Shown in pieces: positions 1 through 12,600 of a stretch of DNA of 64,000 nucleotides (positions within the stretch are counted from its first letter, which is position 1; each line of letters begins with the position of its first letter). A program made the position numbers and the translations under genes. Source of the stretch: Haplodiscus bocki (Eukaryota); the NCBI GenBank assembly GCA_965655095.1, contig OZ296648.1:4092001-4156000 (forward strand). The letters are read 5' to 3'. Under the pieces are notes generated by a model. It was not told the DNA's origin and searched no databases. It saw nothing but the letters and a program-made list of their open reading frames with translations.

Positions 1-344
1 CAGAAGAAGCTGTTCTTGCTCAAGCAAGAAGAAAAGAATACTTTCCAACTTCTGCTGGAGTTTTCTGGGTGCTCTGCTTGTTTTCGGGAGTTTTTTAAGG
101 AAAGATTACGGATGTATGTTTTTTTCTGACAGATTTGCGAGTTCTCAAAATTGATTTATGTTTCCCAAGTGTTGAGCGAGGCTAATGTTTGTTGCAAGAT
201 AACAGAAACATCTGTTTTAAGCAAAGTGACGTTTATACGATTGTGTGAGAACACTGATTTTTTTTCAGAGGGAAAAAGACTGGCAATTTTGACTATATTT
301 CACAAAATTTGAAACGGCTCGGCATGGCGGCTGACCTTTCAACA

Positions 345-3300
345 GAGCTCGAATTTGTAGAAACCCAAAAAGGTGTTTCCGAGACTATCATAAGTTCTGT
401 GAGTCTTGTGCTTTGTGGATGGGAGTTTTTGTAGAATTTGTCATGAAAAGATGTTTTTGCTGTTATACCGTCTCTGCAACTTTATATATTTCGAACTCAT
501 TTTTTTCATTGAGCCTCTTTTCTGTTAGAGAAAGTTTCAGAAAACAATTTTGATGAGCTTGAGTTGTACAAAAGACGATAGTAGGTTGTTTTAGTTTCCT
601 TCACCCAAAAAAAAAATAGAATGATTGGTACTTTTACCGTGGTATCTGATGGGCTGGAAAAAAATTATAGAACTCTCTAAGTTCACGAAAAGAGACGAAA
701 ATGGTATAGAAACGGTCCCTTGCAACTGTTGGTTTGATTTCCAAGACTTTTGAGGGTTTTCGAGTGACTTTTTGGTAACTTTAAGAGTTTTATTGTCAAT
801 GCAAACCTTGATCATTTTCAAAAAACTGGCTGTTTTCGGAAGTTTTCAGAGTTTTCCCTATCCGAAACTTTAAAATCATGTGACTCCAATCATCCGAAAC
901 CTTCAGTAGTTTCTGACCAAGACGAATTGAGGTAGTTCCAACCGTTGTGAGGTTTTCAATACTTTTCAAGGTCATTTCAATTTTATTTACCTTTGCCTAA
1001 ATAAGGGAAACTGCTCCGTTTACTTCTATGGTAAAGATCAAATTGGTATGGAATAATAGCTGACGAGATAGTTTGTGCTCTTGCAGTTAGAAAAGAGTAC
1101 TTCGGTCTTTTTGCTGGAGTGTTTTGGATGTTCTTCTGGTTTTGGCAATTTTTTGAAGGAAAGCTTGGAGAGGTATGTTTTTTTTCTGAATTTTGTGACA
1201 CCTTTGCTACTTTTCAAAATTGAAAAATCTCTTACATTTTTTACCAAAACGAGCTTCATTTTGGCTGCAGGAATAGAGGGAAAGCGGTTCAAACTCGGAG
1301 CAGTTTGCATACGCATGTTCAAGTAAACTCTACTTTCAGCGGCGCGAGAAATGGGATCTGCGACTTCCGAACTATATTTCGCAAACCACTAAACGGCTTG
1401 GCATAGCTGCTGACTTCTCAATAGAGCTCGAAAATGAGAAACACAGAAGAGCCGTTTCGAGTCTACGATAGCTCTTGCGAGTCTTGTGCTTCCTTGTAGG
1501 GAGTTTTCGGGAATTTGTCAAGAAAACCTTTTCCTGTTACATCATATCTGCAGACCTATATCTTTTCATCTCAGTATTTTTTAAGCTTCATTTTTGTCGG
1601 AGAATTTTTCAGGGAGCCATTTGGGAGAGCTTGGGGATTACGAAAGTCGATCTAAAAGTTTTATGTTACCTTCACTTAAGAAAAAATAATTTTTAGTAGT
1701 TTCACTTTGGTATCTGATGGGCTGAAAAAAGTTTTAGAAGTCTAACATTCCCAGAAATGAACAAATTGATAGAGAAACGGTCCTCTGCAACTGTTAGTTT
1801 GATTTTCAAGCGTTTAGAGGTTTTCCAGTGAGTTTTGGACTCTGTTCAAACTTTTATTTTGAATTCAAGCCTTGAGCTCATCTCAAAAAACTGGCTGTTT
1901 TTGAATTTTTGTAATGTTTTCTTTTTGGAAACTGTGAATACTGTGACTACGTTCTTGAACCGACTTCTCTATTGTCTGACCAAAACCAAACGATGCGCCT
2001 CCCACGCTTGTGGGATTTTCGGTGATTATCTTTATTGTTTTTACCATCGCCTGAACAAGGAAACGCTCTGTGTTTACATCCTTTGTTAAGTTCAAAACGG
2101 AGCGTGACAGCTGAGGATTCAGAAGAACATGTTCTTGCTCAAGCAATAAGAAAAGATTACTTTCCAGCCTCTGTTCGAGTTCTCCGGGTGCTCTGTTTTT
2201 TTAAGAGTTTTTTAAGGGAAGATTACGGATGTATGTTTTTTTCTGACAGATTTGCGAGTTCTCAAATTTGATTTATGTTTCCCAAGTGTTGAGCGAGCCT
2301 AATGTTTGTTGCAAGATAACAGAAACATCTGTTTCAAGCAAAGTGACGTTTATACGATTGTCCGAGAACACTGATTTTTTTTCAGAGGGAAAAAGACTGG
2401 CAATTTTGACTATATTTCACAAAATTTGAAACGGCTCGGCATGGCGGCTGACCTTTCAACAGAGCTCGAATTTGTAGAAACCCAAAAAGGTGTTTCCGAG
2501 ACTATCATAAGTTCTGTGAGTCTTGTGCTTTGTGGATGGGAGTTTTTGTAGAATTTGTCATGAAAAGATGTTTTTGCTGTTATACCGTCTCTGCAACTTT
2601 ATATATTTCGAACTCATTTTTTTCATTGAGCCTCTTTTCTGTTAGAGAAAGTTTCAGAAAACAATTTTGATGAGCTTGAGTTGTACAAAAGACGATAGTA
2701 GGTTGTTTTAGTTTCCTTCACCCAAAAAAAAAATAGAATGATTGGTACTTTTACCGTGGTATCTGATGGGCTGGAAAAAAATTATAGAACTCTCTAAGTT
2801 CACGAAAAGAGACGAAAATGGTATAGAAACGGTCCCTTGCAACTGTTGGTTTGATTTCCAAGACTTTTGGGGGTTTTCGAGTGACTTTTTGGTAACTTTA
2901 AGAGTTTTATTGTCAATGCAAACCTTGATCATTTTCAAAAAACTGGCTGTTTTCGGAAGTTTTCAGAGTTTTCCCTATCCGAAACTTTAAAATCATGTGA
3001 CTCCAATCATCCGAAACCTTCAGTAGTTTCTGACCAAGACGAATTGAGGTAGTTCCAACCGTTGTGAGGTTTTCAATACTTTTCAAGGTCATTTCAATTT
3101 TATTTACCTTTGCCTAAATAAGGGAAACTGCTGCGTTTACTTCTATGGTAAAGATCAAATTGGTATGGAATAATAGCTGACGAGATAGTTTGTGCTCTTG
3201 CAGTTAGAAAAGAGTACGTCGGTCTTTTTGCTGGAGTGTTTTGGATGTTCTTCTGGTTTTGGCAATTTTTTGAAGGAAAGCTTGGAGAGGTATGTTTTTT

Positions 3301-6300
3301 TCTGAATTTTGTGACACCTTTGCTTCTTTTCAAAATTGAAAAATCTCTTACATTTTTTACCAAAACGAGCTTCATTTTGGCTGCAGGAATAGAGGGAAAG
3401 CGGTTCAAACTCGGAGCAGTTTGCATACGCATGTTCAAGTAAACTCTACTTTCAGCGGCGCGAGAAATGGGATCTGCGACTTCCGAACTATATTTCGCAA
3501 ACCACTAAACGGCTTGGCATAGCTGCTGACTTCTCAATAGAGCTCGAAAATGAGAAACACAGAAGAGCCGTTTCGAGTCTACGATAGCTCTCGCGAGTCT
3601 TGTGCTTCCTTGTAGGGAGTTTTCGGGAATTTGTCAAGAAAACCTTTTCCTGTTACATCATATCTGCAGACCTATATCTTTTCATCTCAGTATTTTTTAA
3701 GCTTCATTTTTGTCGGAGAATTTTTCAGGGAGCCATTTGGGAGAGCTTGGGGATTACGAAAGTCGATCTAAAAGTTTTATGTTACCTTCACTTAAGAAAA
3801 AATAATTTTTAGTAGTTTCACTTTGGTATCTGATGGGCTGAAAAAAGTTTTAGAAGTCTAACATTCCCAGAAATGAACAAATTGATAGAGAAACGGTCCT
3901 CTGCAACTGTTAGTTTGATTTTCAAGCGTTTAGAGGTTTTCCAGTGAGTTTTGGACTCTGTTCAAACTTTTATTTTGAATTCAAACCTTGAGCTCATCTC
4001 AAAAAACTGGCTGTTTTTGAATTTTTGTAATGTTTTCTTTTTCGAAACTGTGAATACTGTGACTCCGTTCTTGAACCGACTTCTCTATTGTCTGACCAAA
4101 ACCAAACGATGCGCCTCCCACGCTTGTGGGATTTTCGGTGATTATCTTTATTGTTTTTACCATCGCCTGAACAAGGAAACGCTCTGTGTTTACATCCTTT
4201 GTTAAGTTCAAAACGGAGCGTGGCAGCTGATGACTCAGAAGAAGCTGTTCTTGCTCAAGCAAGAAGAAAAGAATACTTTCCAACTTCTGCTGGAGTTTTC
4301 TGGGTGCTCTGCTTGTTTTCGGGAGTTTTTTAAGGAAAGATTACGGATGTATGTTTTTTTCTGACAGATTTGCGAGTTCTCAAAATTGATTTATGTTTCC
4401 CAAGTGTTGAGCGAGGCTAATGTTTGTTGCAAGATAACAGAAACATCTGTTTTAAGCAAAGTGACGTTTATACGATTGTGTGAGAACACTGATTTTTTTT
4501 CAGAGGGAAAAAGACTGGCAATTTTGACTATATTTCACAAAATTTGAAACGGCTCGGCATGGCGGCTGACCTTTCAACAGAGCTCGAATTTGTAGAAACC
4601 CAAAAAGGTGTTTCCGAGACTATCATAAGTTCTGTGAGTCTTGTGCTTTGTGGATGGGAGTTTTTGTAGAATTTGTCATGAAAAGATGTTTTTGCTGTTA
4701 TACCGTCTCTGCAACTTTATATATTTCGAACTCATTTTTTTCATTGAGCCTCTTTTCTGTTAGAGAAAGTTTCAGAAAACAATTTTGATGAGCTTGAGTT
4801 GTACAAAAGACGATAGTAGGTTGTTTTAGTTTCCTTCACCCAAAAAAAAAATAGAATGATTGGTACTTTTACCGTGGTATCTGATGGGCTGGAAAAAAAT
4901 TATAGAACTCTCTAAGTTCACGAAAAGAGACGAAAATGGTATAGAAACGGTCCCTTGCAACTGTTGGTTTGATTTCCAAGACTTTTGAGGGTTTTCGAGT
5001 GACTTTTTGGTAACTTTAAGAGTTTTATTGTCAATGCAAACCTTGATCATTTTCAAAAAACTGGCTGTTTTCGGAAGTTTTCAGAGTTTTCCCTATCCGA
5101 AACTTTAAAATCATGTGACTCCAATCATCCGAAACCTTCAGTAGTTTCTGACCAAGACGAATTGAGGTAGTTCCAACCGTTGTGAGGTTTTCAATACTTT
5201 TCAAGGTCATTTCAATTTTATTTACCTTTGCCTAAATAAGGGAAACTGCTGCGTTTACTTCTATGGTAAAGATCAAATTGGTATGGAATAATAGCTGACG
5301 AGATAGTTTGTGCTCTTGCAGTTAGAAAAGAGTACGTCGGTCTTTTTGCTGGAGTGTTTTGGATGTTCTTCTGGTTTTGGCAATTTTTTGAAGGAAAGCT
5401 TGGAGAGGTATGTTTTTTTCTGAATTTTGTGACACCTTTGCTTCTTTTCAAAATTGAAAAATCTCTTACATTTTTTACCAAAACGAGCTTCATTTTGGCT
5501 GCAGGAATAGAGGGAAAGCGGTTCAAACTCGGAGCAGTTTGCATACGCATGTTCAAGTAAACTCTACTTTCAGCGGCGCGAGAAATGGGATCTGCGACTT
5601 CCGAACTATATTTCGCAAACCACTAAACGGCTTGGCATAGCTGCTGACTTCTCAATAGAGCTCGAAAATGAGAAACACAGAAGAGCCGTTTCGAGTCTAC
5701 GATAGCTCTCGCGAGTCTTGTGCTTCCTTGTAGGGAGTTTTCGGGAATTTGTCAAGAAAACCTTTTCCTGTTACATCATATCTGCAGACCTATATCTTTT
5801 CATCTCAGTATTTTTTAAGCTTCATTTTTGTCGGAGAATTTTTCAGGGAGCCATTTGGGAGAGCTTGGGGATTACGAAAGTCGATCTAAAAGTTTTATGT
5901 TACCTTCACTTAAGAAAAAATAATTTTTAGTAGTTTCACTTTGGTATCTGATGGGCTGAAAAAAGTTTTAGAAGTCTAACATTCCCAGAAATGAACAAAT
6001 TGATAGAGAAACGGTCCTCTGCAACTGTTAGTTTGATTTTCAAGCGTTTAGAGGTTTTCCAGTGAGTTTTGGACTCTGTTCAAACTTTTATTTTGAATTC
6101 AAACCTTGAGCTCATCTCAAAAAACTGGCTGTTTTTGAATTTTTGTAATGTTTTCTTTTTCGAAACTGTGAATACTGTGACTCCGTTCTTGAACCGACTT
6201 CTCTATTGTCTGACCAAAACCAAACGATGCGCCTCCCACGCTTGTGGGATTTTCGGTGATTATCTTTATTGTTTTTACCATCGCCTGAACAAGGAAACGC

Positions 6301-6697
6301 TCTGTGTTTACATCCTTTGTTAAGTTCAAAACGGAGCGTGGCAGCTGATGACTCAGAAGAAGCTGTTCTTGCTCAAGCAAGAAGAAAAGAATACTTTCCA
6401 ACTTCTGCTGGAGTTTTCTGGGTGCTCTGCTTGTTTTCGGGAGTTTTTTAAGGAAAGATTACGGATGTATGTTTTTTTCTGACAGATTTGCGAGTTCTCA
6501 AAATTGATTTATGTTTCCCAAGTGTTGAGCGAGGCTAATGTTTGTTGCAAGATAACAGAAACATCTGTTTTAAGCAAAGTGACGTTTATACGATTGTCCG
6601 AGAACACTGATTTTTTTTCAGAGGGAAAAAGACTGGCACTTTTGACTATATTTCACAAAATATGAAACGGCTCGGCATGGCGGCTGACCTTTCAACA
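345..6697. repeat. HOR domain 1: (A-B)x3 dimer, ~2117-bp period
   Basis: A at 345/2462/4580 and B at 1424/3540/5658; ORF offsets 591->2708->4826 (2117, 2118). Confidence 0.95.
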
Positions 6698-9600
6698 GAG
6701 CTCGAATTTGTAGAAACCCAAAAAGGTGTTTCCGAGACTATCATAAGTTCTGTGAGTCTTGTGCTTTGTGGATGGGAGTTTTTGTAGAATTTGTCATGAA
6801 AAGATGTTTTTGCTGTTATACCGTCTCTGCAACTTTATATATTTCGAACTCATTTTTTTCATTGAGCCTCTTTTCCAGGTTTTCCAGTGACTTCTGTGTT
6901 TTTTTGGAGAATTTTTGTGTCATTTAAAACCTTGAATTCATCTCAAAAAACTAGCTGTTTTCGGAAGTTTTCAGAGTTTTCCCTATCCGAACCTTTAAAA
7001 TCATCTTGTGACTACGATCATCCAAAGCCTTCACTAGTTTCTGACCATGACGAGTCGAGGCAGTTCCAACCGTTGTGAGGTTTTCAGTAGTTTTTAAGAT
7101 CCTTTCAATTTTCTCCACGTTTGCCTGAACAAAGAAAACTGCTCTGTTTACTTCTTTAGTAAAGATGAAATTGGTATGGAATAACACCTGACGAGATAAC
7201 GGAGCCTATTTGTGCTCTTGCAGTAAGAAAAGAGTACTTTCGCTTTTTTTGTTTGAGTGTTTTGGATTTTCTTTTGTTTTTGGCTATTTTTTGAAGGAAA
7301 GCTGGGAGAGGTATGTTTTTTTTCGGAATTTTGTGACAGCTTAGCTACTTTTCAAAATTGAGAAATCTCTTTCAACTTTTCAACGAGCTTCATCTTGCCT
7401 GCAGAAATAGAGGGACAGCGGTTGAAAATCAGAGCAAGTTGCCTGCGCAGGTTCAAGAAAAGTTTACTTTCAGCGGTGAGAGAAATGGAATTTGCGACTT
7501 CCCAACTATACTTCGCAAACCTGTAAACGGCTTGGCATAGCTGGTGGCCTCTCAACAGAGCTCGAAATTGTAGAAACTCAAAAAAGTGTTTTCGAGACTA
7601 TGATAAGTTCTGTGAGTCTTGTGCTTTTTGATGGGAGTTTTTGTAGAATTTGTCATGAAATTATGTTTTTCCTGTTATACCATCTCTGCAACTTTATATA
7701 TTTCGAACTGATTTTTTTCATTGAGGCTCTTTTCTGTTAGAGAAAGTTTCAGAAAGCAATTTTGATGAGCTTGAGTTGTACAAAAGACGATAGTAGGTTG
7801 TTTTAGTTTCCTTCACCCAAAAAAAAATAGAATGATTGGTACTTTTACCGTGGTATCTGATGGGCTGGAAAAAAATTATAGAACTCTCTAAGTTCACGAA
7901 AAGAGACGAAAATGGTATAGAAACGGTCCCTTGCAACTGTTGATTTGATTTCCAAGACTTTTGGGGGTTTTCGAGTGACTGTTTGGTAACTTTAAGAGTT
8001 TTATTGTCAATGCAAACCTTGATCATTTTCAAAAAACTGGCTGTTTTCGGAAGTTTTCAGAGTTTTCCCTATCCGAAACTTTAAAATCATGTGACTCCAA
8101 TCATCCGAAACCTTCAGTAGTTTCTGACCAAGACGAATTGAGGCAGTTCCAACCGTTGTGAGGTTTTCAATACTTTTCAAGGTCATTTCAATTTTATTTA
8201 CCTTTGCCTAAATAAGGGAAACTGCTCCGTTTACTTCTATGGTAAAGATCAAATTGGTATGGAATAATAGCTGACGAGATAGTTTGTGCTCTTGCAGTTA
8301 GAAAAGAGTACTTCGGTCTTTTTGCTGGAGTGTTTTGGATGTTCTTCTGGTTTTGGCAATTTTTTGAAGGAAAGCTTGGAGAGGTATGTTTTTTTTCTGA
8401 ATTTTGTGACACCTTTGCTACTTTTCAAAATTGAAAAATCTCTTACATTTTTTACCAAAACGAGCTTCATTTTGGCTGCAGGAATAGAGGGAAAGCGGTT
8501 CAAACTCGGAGCAGTTTGCATACGCATGTTCAAGTAAACTCTACTTTCAGCGGCGCGAGAAATGGGATCTGCGACTTCCGAACTATATTTCGCAAACCAC
8601 TAAACGGCTTGGCATAGCTGCTGACTTCTCAATAGAGCTCGAAAATGAGAAACACAGAAGAGCCGTTTCGAGTCTACGATAGCTCTTGCGAGTCTTGTGC
8701 TTCCTTGTAGGGAGTTTTCGGGAATTTGTCAAGAAAACCTTTTCCTGTTACATCATATCTGCAGACCTATATCTTTTCATCTCAGTATTTTTTAAGCTTC
8801 ATTTTTGTCGGAGAATTTTTCAGGGAGCCATTTGGGAGAGCTTGGGGATTACGAAAGTCGATCTAAAAGTTTTATGTTACCTTCACTTAAGAAAAAATAA
8901 TTTTTTAGTAGTTTCACTTTGGTATCTGATGGGCTGAAAAAAGTTTTAGAAGTCTAACATTCCCAGAAATGAACAAATTGATAGAGGAACGGTCCTTTGC
9001 AACTGTTAGTTTGATTTTCAAGCGTTTAGAGGTTTTCCAGTGAGTTTTGGACTCTGTTCAAACTTTTATTTTGAATTCAAACCTTGAGCTCATCTCAAAA
9101 AACTGGCTGTTTTTGAATTTTTGTAATGTTTTCTTTTTCGAAACTGTGAATACTGTGACTCCGTTCTTGAACCGACTTCTCTATTGTCTGACCAAAACCA
9201 AACGATGCGCCTCCCACGCTTGTGGGATTTTCGGTGATTATCTTTATTGTTTTTACCATCGCCTGAACAAGGAAACGCTCTGTGTTTACATCCTTTGTTA
9301 AGTTCAAAACGGAGCGTGACAGCTGAGGATTCAGAAGAACATGTTCTTGCTCAAGCAATAAGAAAAGATTACTTTCCAGCCTCTGCTCGAGTTCTCCGGG
9401 TGCTCTGCTTGTTTTTTAAAGAGTTTTTTAAGGGAAGATTACGGATGTATGTTTTTTTCTGACAGATTTGCGAGTTCTCAAAATTGATTTATGTTTCCCA
9501 AGTGTTGAGCGAGCCTAATGTTTGTTGCAAGATCACAGAAACATCTGTTTTAAGCAAAGTGACGTTTATACGATTGTCCGAGAACACTGATTTTTAGAGG

Positions 9601-12600
9601 GAAAAAGACTGGCAATTTTGACTATATTTCACAAAATTTGAAACGGCTCGGCATGGCGGCTGACCTTTCAACAGAGCTCGAATTTGTAGAAACCCAAAAA
9701 GGTGTTTCCGAGACTATCATAAGTTCTGTGAGTCTTGTGCTTTGTGGATGGGAGTTTTTGTGGAATTTGTCATGAAAAGATGTTTTTGCTGTTATACCGT
9801 CTCTGCAACTTTATATATTTCGAACTCATTTTTTTCATTGAGCCTCTTTTCCAGGTTTTCCAGTGACTTCTGTGTTTTTTTGGAGAATTTTTGTGTCATT
9901 TAAAACCTTGAATTCATCTCAAAAAACTAGCTGTTTTCGGAAGTTTTCAGAGTTTTCCCTATCCGAACCTTTAAAATCATCTTGTGACTACGATCATCCA
10001 AAGCCTTCACTAGTTTCTGACCATGACGAGTCGAGGCAGTTCCAACCGTTGTGAGGTTTTCAGTAGTTTTTAAGATCCTTTCAATTTTCTCCACGTTTGC
10101 CTGAACAAAGAAAACTGCTCTGTTTACTTCTATAGTAAAGATGAAATTGGTATGGAATAACACCTGACGAGATAACGGAGCCTATTTGTGCTCTTGCAGT
10201 AAGAAAAGAGTACTTTCGCTTTTTTTGTTTGAGTGTTTTGGATTTTCTTTTGTTTTTGGCTATTTTTTGAAGGAAAGCTGGGAGAGGTATGTTTTTTTTC
10301 GGAATTTTGTGACAGCTTAGCTACTTTTCAAAATTGAGAAATCTCTTTAAACTTTTCAACGAGCTTCATCTTGCCTGCAGAAATATAGGGACAGCTGTTC
10401 AAAATCAGAGCAAGTTGCCTGCGCAGGTTCAAGAAAAGTTTACTTTCAGCGGTGAGAGATATGGAATTTGCGACTTCCCAACTATACTTCGCAAACCACT
10501 AAACGGCTTGGCATAGCTGCTGACTTCTCAATAGAGCTCGAAAATGAGAAACACAGAAGAGCCGTTTCGAGTCTACGATAGCTCTTGCGAGTCTTGTGCT
10601 TCCTTGTAGGGAGTTTTCGGGAATTTGTCAAGAAAACCTTTTCCTGTTACATCATATCTGCAGACCTATATCTTTTCATCTCAGTATTTTTTAAGCTTCA
10701 TTTTTGTCGGAGAATTTTTCAGGGAGCCATTTGGGAGAGCTTGGGGATTACGAAAGTCGATCTAAAAGTTTTATGTTACCTTCACTTAAGAAAAAATAAT
10801 TTTTTAGTAGTTTCACTTTGGTATCTGATGGGCTGAAAAAAGTTTTAGAAGTCTAACATTCCCAGAAATGAACAAATTGATAGAGAAACGGTCCTTTGCA
10901 ACTGTTAGTTTGATTTTCAAGCGTTTAGAGGTTTTCCAGTGAGTTTTGGACTCTGTTCAAACTTTTATTTTGAATTCAAACCTTGAGCTCATCTCAAAAA
11001 ACTGGCTGTTTTTGAATTTTTGTAATGTTTTCTTTTTCGAAACTGTGAATACTGTGACTCCGTTCTTGAACCGACTTCTCTATTGTCTGACCAAAACCAA
11101 ACGATGCGCCTCCCACGCTTGTGGGATTTTCGGTGATTATCTTTATTGTTTTTACCATCGCCTGAACAAGGAAACGCTCTGTGTTTACATCCTTTGTTAA
11201 GTTCAAAACGGAGCGTGACAGCTGAGGATTCAGAAGAACATGTTCTTGCTCAAGCAATAAGAAAAGATTACTTTCCAGCCTCTGCTCGAGTTCTCCGGGT
11301 GCTCTGCTTGTTTTTTTAAAAGTTTTTTAAGGGAAGATTACGGATGTATGTTTTTTTCTGACAGATTTGCGAGTTCTCAAAATTGATTTATGTTTCCCAA
11401 GTGTTGAGCGAGCCTAATGTTTGTTGCAAGATAACAGAAACATCTGTTTTAAGCAAAGTGACGTTTATACGATTGTCCGAGAACACTGATTTTTTTTCAG
11501 AGGGAAAAAGACTGGCAATTTTGACTATATTTCACAAAATTTGAAACGGCTCGGCATGGCGGCTGACCTTTCAACAGAGCTCGAATTTGTAGAAACCCAA
11601 AAAGGTGTTTCCGAGACTATCATAAGTTCTGTGAGTCTTGTGCTTTGTGGATGGGAGTTTTTGTGGAATTTGTCATGAAAAGATGTTTTTGCTGTTATAC
11701 CGTCTCTGCAACTTTATATATTTCAAACTCATTTTTTTCATTGAGCCTCTTTTCCAGGTTTTCCAGTGACTTCTGTGTTTTTTTGGAGAATTTTTGTGTC
11801 ATTTAAAACCTTGAATTCATCTCAAAAAACTAGCTGTTTTCGGAAGTTTTCAGAGTTTTCCCTATCCGAACCTTTAAAATCATCTTGTGACTACGATCAT
11901 CCAAAGCCTTCACTAGTTTCTGACCATGACGAGTCGAGGCAGTTCCAACCGTTGTGAGGTTTTCAGTAGTTTTTAAGATCCTTTCAATTTTCTCCACGTT
12001 TGCCTGAACAAAGAAAACTGCTCTGTTTACTTCTATAGTAAAGATGAAATTGGTATGGAATAACACCTGACGAGATAACGGAGCCTATTTGTGCTCTTGC
12101 AGTAAGAAAAGAGTACTTTCGCTTTTTTTGTTTGAGTGTTTTGGATTTTCTTTTGTTTTTGGCTATTTTTTGAAGGAAAGCTGGGAGAGGTATGTTTTTT
12201 TTCGGAATTTTGTGACAGCTTAGCTACTTTTCAAAATTGAGAAATCTCTTTAAACTTTTCAACGAGCTTCATCTTGCCTGCAGAAATATAGGGACAGCTG
12301 TTCAAAATCAGAGCAAGTTGCCTGCGCAGGTTCAAGAAAAGTTTACTTTCAGCGGTGAGAGATATGGAATTTGCGACTTCCCAACTATACTTCGCAAACC
12401 ACTAAACGGCTTGGCATAGCTGCTGACTTCTCAATAGAGCTCGAAAATGAGTAACACAGAAGAGCCGTTTCGAGTCTACGATAGCTCTTGCGAGTCTTGT
12501 GCTTCCTTGTAGGGAGTTTTCGGGAATTTGTCAAGAAAACCTTTTCCTGTTACATCATATCTGCAGACCTATATCTTTTCATCTCAGTATTTTTTAAGCT

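Noticed and set aside
1060-1110. Canonical hammerhead ribozyme as an annotated feature
   Set aside because: Core words are present but stems I and III and core-adjacent stem II cannot be formed; kept only as a low-ranked finding.
2125-2134. p53-type half-site GAACATGTTC in B (AAACATGTTC in D)
   Set aside because: Single half-sites only, mutated in several B copies (CATGGTC); expected by chance within a palindrome.
2174-2188. CENP-B box-like TTCGAGTTCTCCGGG
   Set aside because: Lacks the required A of TTCG-N4-A-N2-CGGG and occurs in only one B copy (the others read CTCG).
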